This document shows positions 39,900 through 50,122 of a DNA stretch of 64,000 bases, piece by piece (positions within the stretch are counted from its first letter, which is position 1; each line of letters starts with the position of its first letter). Below the pieces are notes generated by a model. It was not told the origin of the DNA. It did not search any database and saw nothing but the letters and a program-made list of their open reading frames with translations. A program made the position numbers and the translations under genes. Location: positions 82,141-146,140 of IMG/VR virus record IMGVR_UViG_3300033146_003848. One strand, 5' to 3'. Source of the DNA: a virus.

Positions 39900-39929
39900 A
39901 ACTTGCAAGACTTTGAAGTCTTGCAAGTT
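39900..39929 (-). terminator. stem-loop
   Basis: AACTTGCAAGACTT-TG-AAGTCTTGCAAGTT. Confidence 0.65.
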
Positions 39930-39939
39930 TCAAGTAATT

Positions 39940-40659
39940 CTATAGTTGCACTATAGAATTACTTCGATTAAGCAAGATCATTATGTCGTTTACTCTTGAT
40001 GTTGCATTTTTTCCTTTTCTTATCTTAGTGTATAAGACATTTTTAAGAGTTCGGAACGCAAAAGAATTTGCATTATTTTTCTGATTTTTAGCAAAGTTAT
40101 GAATTATAACAATACTATTTTTCGATAAATTTGCAACTGAAAAAATTCCAGATTCAGAAAGTGTAAATTTCAGATTCATATTGTTTGTTTTTATAATGTC
40201 TTGACTTTCTGCTAAAATTTCACTTTTCATAACTGAAGCAATAAGTATAGTACTTGCATAAACATAATTTAAGCACTTTTCTTTATAATTCAATAAATTT
40301 GCAGTTTTTTCGACTTTAAACTTTTTTCCATTTTGCATCGTGATAACTAATTTTCCAGTGATAAAATCTGAATTATTTTTTATATCATGTTTTGTGCAAA
40401 ATTTTTCCGACATAAAGTACTTTTCAAAATTCTTTACTGCATACAGTGACTTGAAACTTAAATTTTCTAAAAGTTTATATCGTTTTGTAGAATTCAAATT
40501 ATCAAAAAATTGAGAAACTTTTTTCTTTTCAAGTTCAACTTCTTTGATTTTTTCGTCATTTTTTTTTTCAGTTTCTAAATTTGCAAGATAACTTGTTCTT
40601 TCTTTATCTGACAAATTAAGATTAAAATTGTTGTTTGATTTTTCTGTTAAATTTTTCAT
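39940..40659 (-). CDS. basic Lys/Asn-rich hypothetical protein, first gene of the - strand block
   Basis: 239 aa, AGGAAA RBS, two-hairpin leader; no Pro or Trp. Confidence 0.75.
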   Translation of the reverse strand: MKNLTEKSNNNFNLNLSDKERTSYLANLETEKKNDEKIKEVELEKKKVSQFFDNLNSTKRYKLLENLSFKSLYAVKNFEKYFMSEKFCTKHDIKNNSDFITGKLVITMQNGKKFKVEKTANLLNYKEKCLNYVYASTILIASVMKSEILAESQDIIKTNNMNLKFTLSESGIFSVANLSKNSIVIIHNFAKNQKNNANSFAFRTLKNVLYTKIRKGKNATSRVNDIMILLNRSNSIVQL

Positions 40660-40767
40660 AAAATTTTCCTAATTTTTAAGTCTTATTTTGACTAAAATGT
40701 TTAAAAAAAACTGTATAACGATATTGTTATACAGTCAAGTAATTAAAAGAGCGTTGTTTCTTATAAA

Positions 40768-40796
40768 ATAATAGCATATAATTTCCATTTAGTCAA
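40768..40796 (-). promoter_or_regulatory. sigma70-like promoter
   Basis: TTGACT-17-TATTAT with TG. Confidence 0.65.
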
Positions 40797-41337
40797 TTAT
40801 TTTTTGCAATTTTTTTAAACTGTTTTGTAAGTAATTAAAATTACTACAAAATAAAATCACTTTTATTTTTAATAAAATCAATTAAAAATAAATAAAAATG
40901 TCTTTTTTTAAAAAAAAACTAAATTTTAAATTTTAAAATAGAGAAAAAAATACTCTTTTTATTTTTCTCACGACTAGAACTTGCAATATGAAACTATTGC
41001 TATTCGCAAGTATTCTGAAAAATTAAAAAATCTATTTCTGAAAAAAATCAATAAATAAATTTTTCTGTAAAATTGCAACGCAAGCAAGTCAAATTTTAAT
41101 TTTCTGAAAAAAGTAATATAAAACTATTAAAAAATGAAAAAGTTTCTTAAAATCAAATTTTGTTCGTTTTTGGAAAAGACAAAAAAAGACAAAAAAATTC
41201 ATTTTTTCAAAAATTAAAACATCTTGTTTTTTTTCAAATTTCTTGAATTGTTTCAAAATTGATACAAAACTGTATTTTTTCGCTTTTTATATATAGACGA
41301 ACTATTGACTTAATTTTTTTGAACGGTTACCAGGCGA

Positions 41338-41522
41338 CTGATGGATCTCATCCAGGATCCAGGGAATATTTTGGCTGATGGATCTCATCCAGGATCCAGG
41401 GAATATTTTGGCTGATGGATCTCATCCAGGATCCAGGGAATATTTTAACTGATGGATCTCATCCAGGATCCAGGGAATATTTTAACTGATGGATCTCATC
41501 CAGGATCCAGGGAATATTTTGG
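41338..41522. repeat. 5 x 37-bp tandem array
   Basis: CTGATGGATCTCATCCAGGATCCAGGGAATATTTTRR at 41338, 41375, 41412, 41449, 41486. Confidence 0.95.
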
Positions 41523-41793
41523 CTCAGGATGTCGGAATATTTCGGAGGTGTTCGGAACGTGATGGAACTTCGTGGATTTTAATGGGAACCTGGGAAATTT
41601 TTTTAGGAAGGAGACTTTTTATTGAAATAATAATTGACTTTTGAATAATTAAGTGTTATATTGATTTTGTAAGCGAGATAAAAATTAAACGAGAGAAGTG
41701 AAATGATGAGATTAAATGAAACTGGAGGAGTTGTATTAGACACGTCTGGCATGAAAATCTCAATCAGCGAAGATGGTCGAGGATATACTATTA

Positions 41794-42216
41794 ATGCTTG
41801 AGTTATTATTATGGAAAAAATTAAAGGACATTGCTTCTGATTTTCTACAAGTTAGGGTGAAGGTTGGAGAGTTACAACGGAGAATTGAGCAATTGGAGCA
41901 GAATATTGAGGTTGAATCATTAGGGTCGGATGTTCAGTTGGACACATCTGGGATGAAAGAAATTGGAGTTGAGAAGTTTTATGGTTCTTGTTTAAGGATC
42001 ATAATTGAGAATGGTAAATGTGAGTCTGTGGACTGCAAAGATTGTCCATTTTCTTATAAGAATTCAGTACTAAATATTGGTTGCTCTGAGAGTAAATTAA
42101 GTGGAGTAAGTGATAAAGCAAGTGAGGATGGAGTTTTATTACAGAATGCGAAAAAATTCATTATCACATATGATTCTAAGTTTTCTGATCAGAAAGAATT
42201 ATCATATCGGACTTAG
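41794..42216 (+). CDS. coiled coil + Cys-rich domain protein
   Basis: FY..C..I..NG.C....C..CPFS..N. Confidence 0.7.
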   Translation: MLELLLWKKLKDIASDFLQVRVKVGELQRRIEQLEQNIEVESLGSDVQLDTSGMKEIGVEKFYGSCLRIIIENGKCESVDCKDCPFSYKNSVLNIGCSESKLSGVSDKASEDGVLLQNAKKFIITYDSKFSDQKELSYRT

Positions 42217-42374
42217 GAGATTGCAAGATGATTAATTGTGTTAGGTATTCTTTCTCTAGTATGAATTCTAAAACTCACACTTCGGGTCTAAAATTTGGGA
42301 AGTGGAGGATCAAAGTCACAATCAACTATATTGAATTATGCTAAGAAGTTTAAGGAAAGGATGGAGAAATTATC

Positions 42375-43034
42375 ATGATAGAATTATTATTTTTAAGGAA
42401 GTTGAAACGGGCTACTTCAGAATTGGCTCAAATGAAACAGAAGGTTCAACAATTGGAGTTTGAAAAGGAGACATGGGAGAAGAATAAATATTCATCGACG
42501 GACATTTCTCATAACTGGAAGGTTGACTTTAATGTGGATTTTTATGAGACATGTGTTATATTAATTAACGAGAATGGTATTTGTGTAAAGGCTGATTGTT
42601 CAAAGTGTCCATTTTCCAAATCTAATCATAAGAAATATATTTATTGTTATGATGGATTGAAATGTGATAATGAAGTTGAGGATTGTTCAATTACTATTCA
42701 ACGGGAGGCTATGAAATATTTAAATCGTCATAGTCAGCAATATCATAAATTGAAAGGTGATAGAGAAGTTGATGGGACTCAACCGAATGTTTTTTCCGAT
42801 ATGATTGATACTGAGAAGAAAGAATTTCATGAAACGTGTTTGGAAATTACGAAAAACAATGGTCGATGTGATGGTATCAAATGCGATATGTGTCCGTTCT
42901 CTAGTGGAAATTCTAAAGTATCTTGTATTTGCGAAGATAGTTCATATAGCAATAATTTTGAACCAGATGAAGTCGATTTAAAGTTATATCAGTCAGCACA
43001 CACATTCTTATATTGGAATTGGAGATCAAAATGA
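42375..43034 (+). CDS. coiled coil + two Cys-rich domains (paralog of 41794)
   Basis: two copies of the same C..CPFS domain; same M.ELL...KLK start. Confidence 0.75.
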   Translation: MIELLFLRKLKRATSELAQMKQKVQQLEFEKETWEKNKYSSTDISHNWKVDFNVDFYETCVILINENGICVKADCSKCPFSKSNHKKYIYCYDGLKCDNEVEDCSITIQREAMKYLNRHSQQYHKLKGDREVDGTQPNVFSDMIDTEKKEFHETCLEITKNNGRCDGIKCDMCPFSSGNSKVSCICEDSSYSNNFEPDEVDLKLYQSAHTFLYWNWRSK

Positions 43035-43116
43035 TAGAATTATTATTATGGAAACATAATTGCGAATAACGCCAAATTATTTTTAAAATTAATGAAACAA
43101 CAAATGGAGAAAAATT

Positions 43117-43542
43117 ATGATTAAAGAATTTATTACATTATGGGACAAAAGGAAGGATGAGTTGGAACGAGTTTTCCGAGAAACTGACATTAAAGAGTTT
43201 TATAATTATGAGGACATAGTTCGAACTATATTTGAGGTTTGCTTTAATGAAGAAGCGATAGATCAATATATTCATTATGATTGTGAGTTTGAAAGTTTCG
43301 ATATCACTAAAATGACGAAAATTGATGATGGACATTATCAAGGAACAATTATATTCATTATTCCTAGAGATACTTATCAACCAGAAACAAGTGATTATGT
43401 TATGACATCAGTTGACTATGGCTCTTGTTCGGCTTGCGACACATTAGAAAGAATATTGCTTGAAGATTTGGTGGAAGTTCGAGTGAATGATTTGCTAACA
43501 CTTTCTCTTCATATCGTTCAACGACTTAAATACTTAGATTAG
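43117..43542 (+). CDS. conserved phage hypothetical protein
   Basis: DDGHYQGT..YGSCSACD. Confidence 0.7.
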   Translation: MIKEFITLWDKRKDELERVFRETDIKEFYNYEDIVRTIFEVCFNEEAIDQYIHYDCEFESFDITKMTKIDDGHYQGTIIFIIPRDTYQPETSDYVMTSVDYGSCSACDTLERILLEDLVEVRVNDLLTLSLHIVQRLKYLD

Positions 43543-44095
43543 AATCGGTAAAGTATGTTTTAGGGATGATATTTCCCTTTTCATCATAAAATTCTAGATA
43601 TTTTATATTATATTGTCCTATAAAAGAGTCAATTGATGATCTATAGAATTTTCCTTCATTTAAAATTATTCGTCTTCCTGCAACAATTACGATACCTAAT
43701 GATTGAAATTTAATCACTTCACCTAATGCGTTAATATGAACCACATGAATAATTCGATGTAATTTTATTCCCATCACCACTTCCAATAACTCACTAATAT
43801 TCTTAGCGAAATCTAACGAATTCCCTTTAAAACCTAAACAAATCATATTTTTTAGGGATGGAGTCCAATTTGGATAACCCATTTCTTTTTCAAAAATAAA
43901 TTTATTTTGGATATATTGTCTTAAATTTTCATATAATTTTATTCGACTAAGAATGCCAAATTGTAAATGGTATCTTTCTTGTAAATGCTTATGCTTCCAA
44001 ATATAAAAATTACTTAATGTGTTTCCGACTTTAGAAATGAATGGCAAATAATATCGAATATATAATTTAACTGACCACTTTCGAGGTAAAAACAT
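43526..44095 (-). CDS. hypothetical protein
   Basis: AGGAG RBS, 189 aa. Confidence 0.7.
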   Translation of the reverse strand: MFLPRKWSVKLYIRYYLPFISKVGNTLSNFYIWKHKHLQERYHLQFGILSRIKLYENLRQYIQNKFIFEKEMGYPNWTPSLKNMICLGFKGNSLDFAKNISELLEVVMGIKLHRIIHVVHINALGEVIKFQSLGIVIVAGRRIILNEGKFYRSSIDSFIGQYNIKYLEFYDEKGNIIPKTYFTDSNLSI

Positions 44096-44153
44096 TTTAT
44101 AAACTCCTAATTAACAGTTAGTCATCAGGAGTTATTTATTGATTTTGAATTGA

Positions 44154-44930
44154 TTATTTGAGACTAAGTACATTATCAATGATATGACAATTGGAAGTGA
44201 CATTTTTCTCTGTAAACTCATACAATTGATTAAATTCATAGTTATATGTTGAGAAGGGTTCTTTAGTAGATAATGCTACTAGAGATTCCACATTACATTT
44301 ATATATAAAATCTTTCGATAAAACAGTTTTAAATGCCATATTCATGTTAGAATATTCATCAATGAATATTTTCAATTTCGTTTTTGGATTAATTTGACCA
44401 CGCAATGATTCGATAGAGGTGAAAAATATCATTTTTCGATTTGGCATATTTGAACGGATATGTTTCATTTTTTTTGATAATTGTTTTATATTATATCTAC
44501 TAGTAAAGTATAATACTGTGATATCATCATTCACATCTTTTCTTGTAACTTCTCTTATTGCTAATGCGAATTGAATTGTGGATTTACCAAATTGTCTAGG
44601 TAAATTTCCTAATTTAATTTTAAAGGTTGATCGAAGGATTTCATTTAAAATACGGGTTTGATTGTCATTAAATGAGTTGCATTCTAACACATTAAATGGA
44701 TATTCACGTAAATTAATTGAAGGTAACGGATGAAGTAGATCATCATAAGTTCTTCCATTTAAGTTTGGAATATGACAACTCTCATCTATAACTTCATTTA
44801 AATATAATTTTTTTGATTGAGACTTAATTTCCTCTTTTAAATTTAAAATCTCTCGGTGTAATTCATAATTCTCCTTTCGCAATGATTTATTTTTCATAAT
44901 TAACGCCAATTCAAACACTTTTTTCTCCAT
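44154..44930 (-). CDS. terminase-large-subunit-like ATPase fragment
   Basis: LPRQFGKST Walker A, SLRG, IFIDE Walker B; no nuclease domain. Confidence 0.6.
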   Translation of the reverse strand: MEKKVFELALIMKNKSLRKENYELHREILNLKEEIKSQSKKLYLNEVIDESCHIPNLNGRTYDDLLHPLPSINLREYPFNVLECNSFNDNQTRILNEILRSTFKIKLGNLPRQFGKSTIQFALAIREVTRKDVNDDITVLYFTSRYNIKQLSKKMKHIRSNMPNRKMIFFTSIESLRGQINPKTKLKIFIDEYSNMNMAFKTVLSKDFIYKCNVESLVALSTKEPFSTYNYEFNQLYEFTEKNVTSNCHIIDNVLSLK

Positions 44931-45221
44931 TTATATAATTAATTTCGGACTAGTTATTTTCTTTTCATACTCAATATTTATGAATGATTGAAAACCACAT
45001 TTTGGACAAATATGAGTAAATGATTCATACTCATATTCACAAATAATGATATTCTTACAATTAGGACATCTTGCTAAATTATTATCTTTAAATTCTTCAG
45101 TATCATTCTTATTAAAACAGGTTTTACAAATAGTTTCATCATTAAAGTAAGAAATAAATTTCTCATTACACTCTAAACAATTATTATATTCTATTCGAAT
45201 TTCCTTTATTACTTTTTTCAT
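44931..45221 (-). CDS. double zinc-ribbon protein
   Basis: four CxxC pairs. Confidence 0.65.
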   Translation of the reverse strand: MKKVIKEIRIEYNNCLECNEKFISYFNDETICKTCFNKNDTEEFKDNNLARCPNCKNIIICEYEYESFTHICPKCGFQSFINIEYEKKITSPKLII

Positions 45222-45378
45222 AAATTTCTCAATAAAACATTATTATTAATATAATTTATCAAAAATCATTAAATTTAAAATATTTTATTTCTCCATATAA
45301 TATGCGAAATAAAAAATTAAAAAAATATGAGTTTCTTGATATATTATAATATCTTATTAATATATATCGGAGAATATT

Positions 45379-45555
45379 ATGTTTAAATGTCGATTTTGTT
45401 CAATAGAATTTGAACGACCTACTTATATGAAATTAAATGAACATGAGACTATTATGGTCTGTCCATCATGTGAAAGAAGTACTATTTATAAAGTTGAAGA
45501 GAATACTAAGAAACTTCAACAAGGTGATTGGAAAATGATTAATGAATCCAAGTAA
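45379..45555 (+). CDS. small zinc-ribbon protein (not in ORF track)
   Basis: MFKCRFC..VCPSC; CGGAG RBS. Confidence 0.65.
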   Translation: MFKCRFCSIEFERPTYMKLNEHETIMVCPSCERSTIYKVEENTKKLQQGDWKMINESK

Positions 45556-45614
45556 TTGTATACTTGGATTCAGTAACGTGTGATTTACACAACTATTAGT
45601 ATTAGGAGAGAATT

Positions 45615-45959
45615 ATGGAAAAAATGTATTCACGAATTAAGTTAATTTTAGAAGAAGATTTTAAAGAAACTTACGATGCACAAAATGCTAATCTAGAATT
45701 TAAACAACCAGATGAAGAGAATGAACAATTAATGATTATAAATTATCATCAATTATCAGTTTGGCTTTTTTTTAATGAATCTCAGCGAGAATGTAGAATG
45801 AAAATTATTTCTAGTATCAATGTATCAGAATCTTTAAATGGGAAGAATAAATTGGAAGAGTATAAAAATGAAATAAAATTTATATCACAAGACGTTGATC
45901 TTATAAATGGAATATTTTCTGATGATATTACTGATAGATGGACACTTCATATTATATAA
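45615..45959 (+). CDS. hypothetical protein
   Basis: AGGAG RBS. Confidence 0.7.
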   Translation: MEKMYSRIKLILEEDFKETYDAQNANLEFKQPDEENEQLMIINYHQLSVWLFFNESQRECRMKIISSINVSESLNGKNKLEEYKNEIKFISQDVDLINGIFSDDITDRWTLHII

Positions 45960-45995
45960 TTCATAAATAAGATAGAACTTATTGTGGAGAAATAA

Positions 45996-48362
45996 ATGAA
46001 TAATCAGCAGATGAATCTATCAAACTTGGAGCAAGTATACTCTAGTATTCGTCAAACAGAATCAGAAGTAGTAAAGACTCTATCATCATTCTATAGTCAC
46101 ATTAATGATATGACTAAAACTATGAATGCAGATGTTCAACATAATATGAAAATGATTTCTAACTCTTCATCAACAAAAAATAAGAGTGAATCAAAAACTG
46201 GTCAAAAAGAAGTTTCTAAAGAAGATGGTAATGGAGTATTTATTGAGGCTGAGAAAAAGGATTTATTTAAAACATTATCTGGAATTCATGCCTCTAATAA
46301 AAAATTTATAACAACATCTAACGAAAATGGTAAAAAATTAAGAACTACTATAAGTGATGGTTGGATGAAAATGAAAGATGCTAGTTCTACAATGTGGGAT
46401 ATTGCGAAGTGGGGAGCAATATTGACTGGAGCAATTGCATTATATCCTACAATGAAAAAGGTTTGGGAGAACGTTGCTCAACCAGTTTTAAGTGAAGCCT
46501 GGAAAAAAATGGAACCAATATTAATGACGTTTTGGAAAGATCATTTACAACCAGGACTTAATACTTTTTGGAAAGATCATTTGAAACCTGGACTTGAAGA
46601 ATTAGGTAATATGCTTATTGGAGTTATAACTAGTCCAACAACTTGGAAAATAATTGGATTAGCCATTGCTGGAGTAGCAGCCGTTATGATGGCAAAATCT
46701 GCGGCAAAATATCTTGGTAAAAAAATGATAGATATTGCTCTTAATTCATTGGTTGGACTTTCTGGTCCAATGTTGTTGAAATTAGGAGGAGTTGGTCTCG
46801 CTTTAGGAGCATTAACATTTGCCACATATAAGGCTGTAGATGCTTACAATAAAAATAAAGATTTCAAAGAAGAGAAAACTAACAAAAAAAATAAAGAATA
46901 TTTACAGGCTCAAGATGAAGTTTTAATTCTTCAATTAAAGAAAAATAAAAGTGAAGATGATTTAAACCAATTAGCAAATCTTAAAGAAAGGGCTAAATTA
47001 TTAAAAAAAGAGCGAGATATTTTAAAATACGGAGAAGGCTTTTTCGGAGGAATGTTTAATTCCTTAGTTGGAGATGAAGAAATTTATGCTAAAAAGAGAT
47101 CTGCTATTGAAGATAAATTAAATCAAGATGATTTAAAACGAAGAATGGCGGATAAACAATCATTGGGAAAAGATAAGTATGATGAATTTAAATTGATTTT
47201 TCGACAATTGGCTCATGATAAGAAACTAGAAGGTCAAGCCAGTGCTAGATTTGTTCAACAGATGTTTGACTTATCTATTCGACAAGGTAAAAGTATAGAT
47301 GAAATTAAACAATATGCCAATAATAATTCATTTAAATTTGGAGGAGCAAGTCGTTCACAATTAGAAGATACACATGCTGATGGTCCCAGTAGTTCTTCGA
47401 GTTCAGGTTCAGCATCAGTATCATCAATGGATACTGATAGTAGTTTAATGAGTTCTAATATGGAAGATATGATGAGGTTTATTATTAAACAACGACAAGA
47501 GAATGAATCATATTCGGATTATACTAATGTTGATAATTTACAAACAAAAGCCGCAAAATTAAAAACTCAAGGTGAATTAAATTCATATTTGAATAGGTTA
47601 GATGCAATAAAAACTGGAGCACATCAAGTGGTCGGAAGATCATTAGGATTATCATCAGATGAATCGAGGATGAGTTCTGGATTTGGAGATAGATTTTTAG
47701 AGAGAAATGGTAAAAAAGTTACTAGACATAAAGGATATGATTTTTTAACTCCAAATAACACTCAATTAAATGCTCCATTTGATTTAGAATTATTGCGGTC
47801 TAATTCAAATAAAGGTTCAATGTATTTACGATCTATGCAGAATAATCAAATACTTGCTTTACATCATTTAAATCAAGTGTTACCTAATAAAAAAGGACTC
47901 AAATTGAAGGCAGGCGATGAGATGGGAAAAACAGGAGACACTAATACAAACGCCGCACCACATTTACATATGGAACTTCAAACTGCTAGAGGAAAAGCCT
48001 TTAATTATATGGAAGATGGAGCATCAAATTGGAGGTCTATGGTTGGGAATCCAGATTCTCCATTAGTATCTAGTATTATGCCTGAGAAAACATCTTCTCC
48101 TAAACTTGAAAAAAAGAAAAGTCCAGTGAAAGAAAAAGATCCATTGAAAGCATTGATCGACAAATATACTGGGATGTTTGCTTCATTTGAATCATTGACA
48201 ACTGGATTTGATATGATGAAGTCTTTAGGATTAGGAAAAACTATTACAAATATCATGAATGATGCTCCTGCTGACGGATCTCAATCTAATAATTCAATGA
48301 GTAATGAATATTTGGAGCAAGTTGCTAGAAACACAAGACCGAAAACTGAAAGTTTTATTTAA
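45996..48362 (+). CDS. tape-measure-like virion protein with C-terminal M23 peptidase
   Basis: W-periodic amphipathic and TM segments; RHKGYDF and PHLHME zinc motifs; CATAAATA upstream. Confidence 0.7.
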   Translation: MNNQQMNLSNLEQVYSSIRQTESEVVKTLSSFYSHINDMTKTMNADVQHNMKMISNSSSTKNKSESKTGQKEVSKEDGNGVFIEAEKKDLFKTLSGIHASNKKFITTSNENGKKLRTTISDGWMKMKDASSTMWDIAKWGAILTGAIALYPTMKKVWENVAQPVLSEAWKKMEPILMTFWKDHLQPGLNTFWKDHLKPGLEELGNMLIGVITSPTTWKIIGLAIAGVAAVMMAKSAAKYLGKKMIDIALNSLVGLSGPMLLKLGGVGLALGALTFATYKAVDAYNKNKDFKEEKTNKKNKEYLQAQDEVLILQLKKNKSEDDLNQLANLKERAKLLKKERDILKYGEGFFGGMFNSLVGDEEIYAKKRSAIEDKLNQDDLKRRMADKQSLGKDKYDEFKLIFRQLAHDKKLEGQASARFVQQMFDLSIRQGKSIDEIKQYANNNSFKFGGASRSQLEDTHADGPSSSSSSGSASVSSMDTDSSLMSSNMEDMMRFIIKQRQENESYSDYTNVDNLQTKAAKLKTQGELNSYLNRLDAIKTGAHQVVGRSLGLSSDESRMSSGFGDRFLERNGKKVTRHKGYDFLTPNNTQLNAPFDLELLRSNSNKGSMYLRSMQNNQILALHHLNQVLPNKKGLKLKAGDEMGKTGDTNTNAAPHLHMELQTARGKAFNYMEDGASNWRSMVGNPDSPLVSSIMPEKTSSPKLEKKKSPVKEKDPLKALIDKYTGMFASFESLTTGFDMMKSLGLGKTITNIMNDAPADGSQSNNSMSNEYLEQVARNTRPKTESFI

Positions 48363-48378
48363 CAATATAAAGGAGAGA

Positions 48379-48720
48379 ATGATGGATGTTATTGAAATGC
48401 TATTAAAACCTGAATTTTTAATATTAGCCTTAATATTAAATTTCGTAATTGCATATTTTAGAAATTTAACAGAGAAATTTTTTGATTTAAAGAAAGTCCC
48501 AATGATTAGACAACTATTCCAGGGTTTGTTATTTTTTACATCATTTGGCATAACTGTTTTAGCGATCGTCACTGGTCAATTACCATTATTAATTGCTAAT
48601 AGTATTTGGATCACTGCAAGTTGGATAGCCATTGTATCTATGATTATTTATGACATTGGGATTAAAGATATTATGCGTGGAATTCGAGCCGCTATTATTA
48701 AGAAGTTGAGGGTGAAATAA
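48379..48720 (+). CDS. putative holin (3 TM)
   Basis: three TM helices, basic C-terminus. Confidence 0.45.
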   Translation: MMDVIEMLLKPEFLILALILNFVIAYFRNLTEKFFDLKKVPMIRQLFQGLLFFTSFGITVLAIVTGQLPLLIANSIWITASWIAIVSMIIYDIGIKDIMRGIRAAIIKKLRVK

Positions 48721-49067
48721 TGATAAAACAAATTAAATCATTAGGTATCACATTATATAAATTGCTTTTAGGAGTTATTGCATTTATAGTTTCATTATTT
48801 GGAATATTCGCATTATTCAAAATATTCAAAAAGAATGAAAAGTTTATTGTTCCTACAAATGATAATTCAGAACCGATTAAAAATGATGTCATTGAAGATA
48901 TTCAAGATGAAGCGATTAAAATTGCTAATGAAGTTGTAACTGATAGTGTAACAAATTCTATTCAAGATGAAGCGAATAATATAGCAGAGTCGAAGAATTC
49001 TGACGATGAAAAAGATATAGATAAAGTATTAAATAAATTAGATAAGGAGTTAGATGATGCTTGGTAA
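48720..49067 (+). CDS. membrane-anchored protein (spanin-like)
   Basis: N-terminal TM + acidic helical tail. Confidence 0.4.
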   Translation: MIKQIKSLGITLYKLLLGVIAFIVSLFGIFALFKIFKKNEKFIVPTNDNSEPIKNDVIEDIQDEAIKIANEVVTDSVTNSIQDEANNIAESKNSDDEKDIDKVLNKLDKELDDAW

Positions 49068-49620
49068 ATTATTAAAGGGAATATATATAGTATTAATTGC
49101 GATTAGACGAAAACTTTCGCCCATAATATATTACATGTTACGATATACATTATATCTTAATATGAAAATGCCAAATGTTTGGGAATTAACTCGTGAAATG
49201 CCTATTGAAGAATTCGAAACAGTTATTAATAGTTATAATTATCGTCCAGATATGCTTTTTGGAGCAATAGATAGTGATTTTCAAGAGCCTGATTTTTTCT
49301 TCGCTAAACGGAAATATTTTAGAGATTGTGGAGATTTCGCTAAACTTTGGATGGAATGGGCAACACATAATCACATAAATGCATGGGAATTTGTAATTAT
49401 GGATGGAATACAGTTTTGGAAAGGACATATGTTTACTATATTGCAAGATCCGAAAACTGAAAAGTTCATACTTTGTAATTATAAAGTAGAAGGTCATTAT
49501 GACTCATTAGAAGAGGCTTGTGAACAATTTAAACATAAAGAATTGGTAAGTTTTGGGAAATATAAATTCCCATTAGTCATGGAATATAAAAGCAATTTTA
49601 AATCATCGGAGAACACATGA
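49054..49620 (+). CDS. transglutaminase-like cysteine peptidase
   Basis: RDCGDFA ... GHMF. Confidence 0.5.
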   Translation: MMLGKLLKGIYIVLIAIRRKLSPIIYYMLRYTLYLNMKMPNVWELTREMPIEEFETVINSYNYRPDMLFGAIDSDFQEPDFFFAKRKYFRDCGDFAKLWMEWATHNHINAWEFVIMDGIQFWKGHMFTILQDPKTEKFILCNYKVEGHYDSLEEACEQFKHKELVSFGKYKFPLVMEYKSNFKSSENT

Positions 49621-50024
49621 AAGTGATAATATTATTAATTCTAATTAGTGTGATAGGATGTGTTCCTAAATATAAAGAAACCTTAGCGACTCAAAATTTA
49701 AAAGTTGACTATCCAATAATAGAAAAACCTAATAGTACCAGAATAAGTAATACTGAATGTTCTATCGTTCCTAAAGAAACATTGCTCACTTGTTTTTCTC
49801 CTAGCAATTATCATAAAATCATTCAAAAATTAAAATTAAATCAATTAAAAGATAAGCAAATTATTGAGTTATTAACGCAATATAACTTGACGGTGAATGA
49901 AGCCAATGTAATTATCAATGATTATAATCGACGAGAGAATGAAAATGTTAATCTCATCAATCTATCAATATCATCAGTTTCACTAAATATAGTTCTTATA
50001 TTATTTCTAGTAATCGCTTTATAA
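49617..50024 (+). CDS. lipoprotein with C-terminal TM (u-spanin-like)
   Basis: VIGC lipobox, coiled coil, C-terminal hydrophobic helix. Confidence 0.5.
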   Translation: MKVIILLILISVIGCVPKYKETLATQNLKVDYPIIEKPNSTRISNTECSIVPKETLLTCFSPSNYHKIIQKLKLNQLKDKQIIELLTQYNLTVNEANVIINDYNRRENENVNLINLSISSVSLNIVLILFLVIAL

Positions 50025-50122
50025 TAAATAACATATATCCTTCAAAATAATAAATAATCTAAGATTATAGTCATATGGTAAAAAGTATTTTTTTATTATA
50101 AAACATCATTTAGGAGGAAAAT

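Noticed and set aside
41338-41522. CRISPR array (37-bp repeats)
   Set aside because: Units are contiguous with no unique spacers, and no cas genes are in the window
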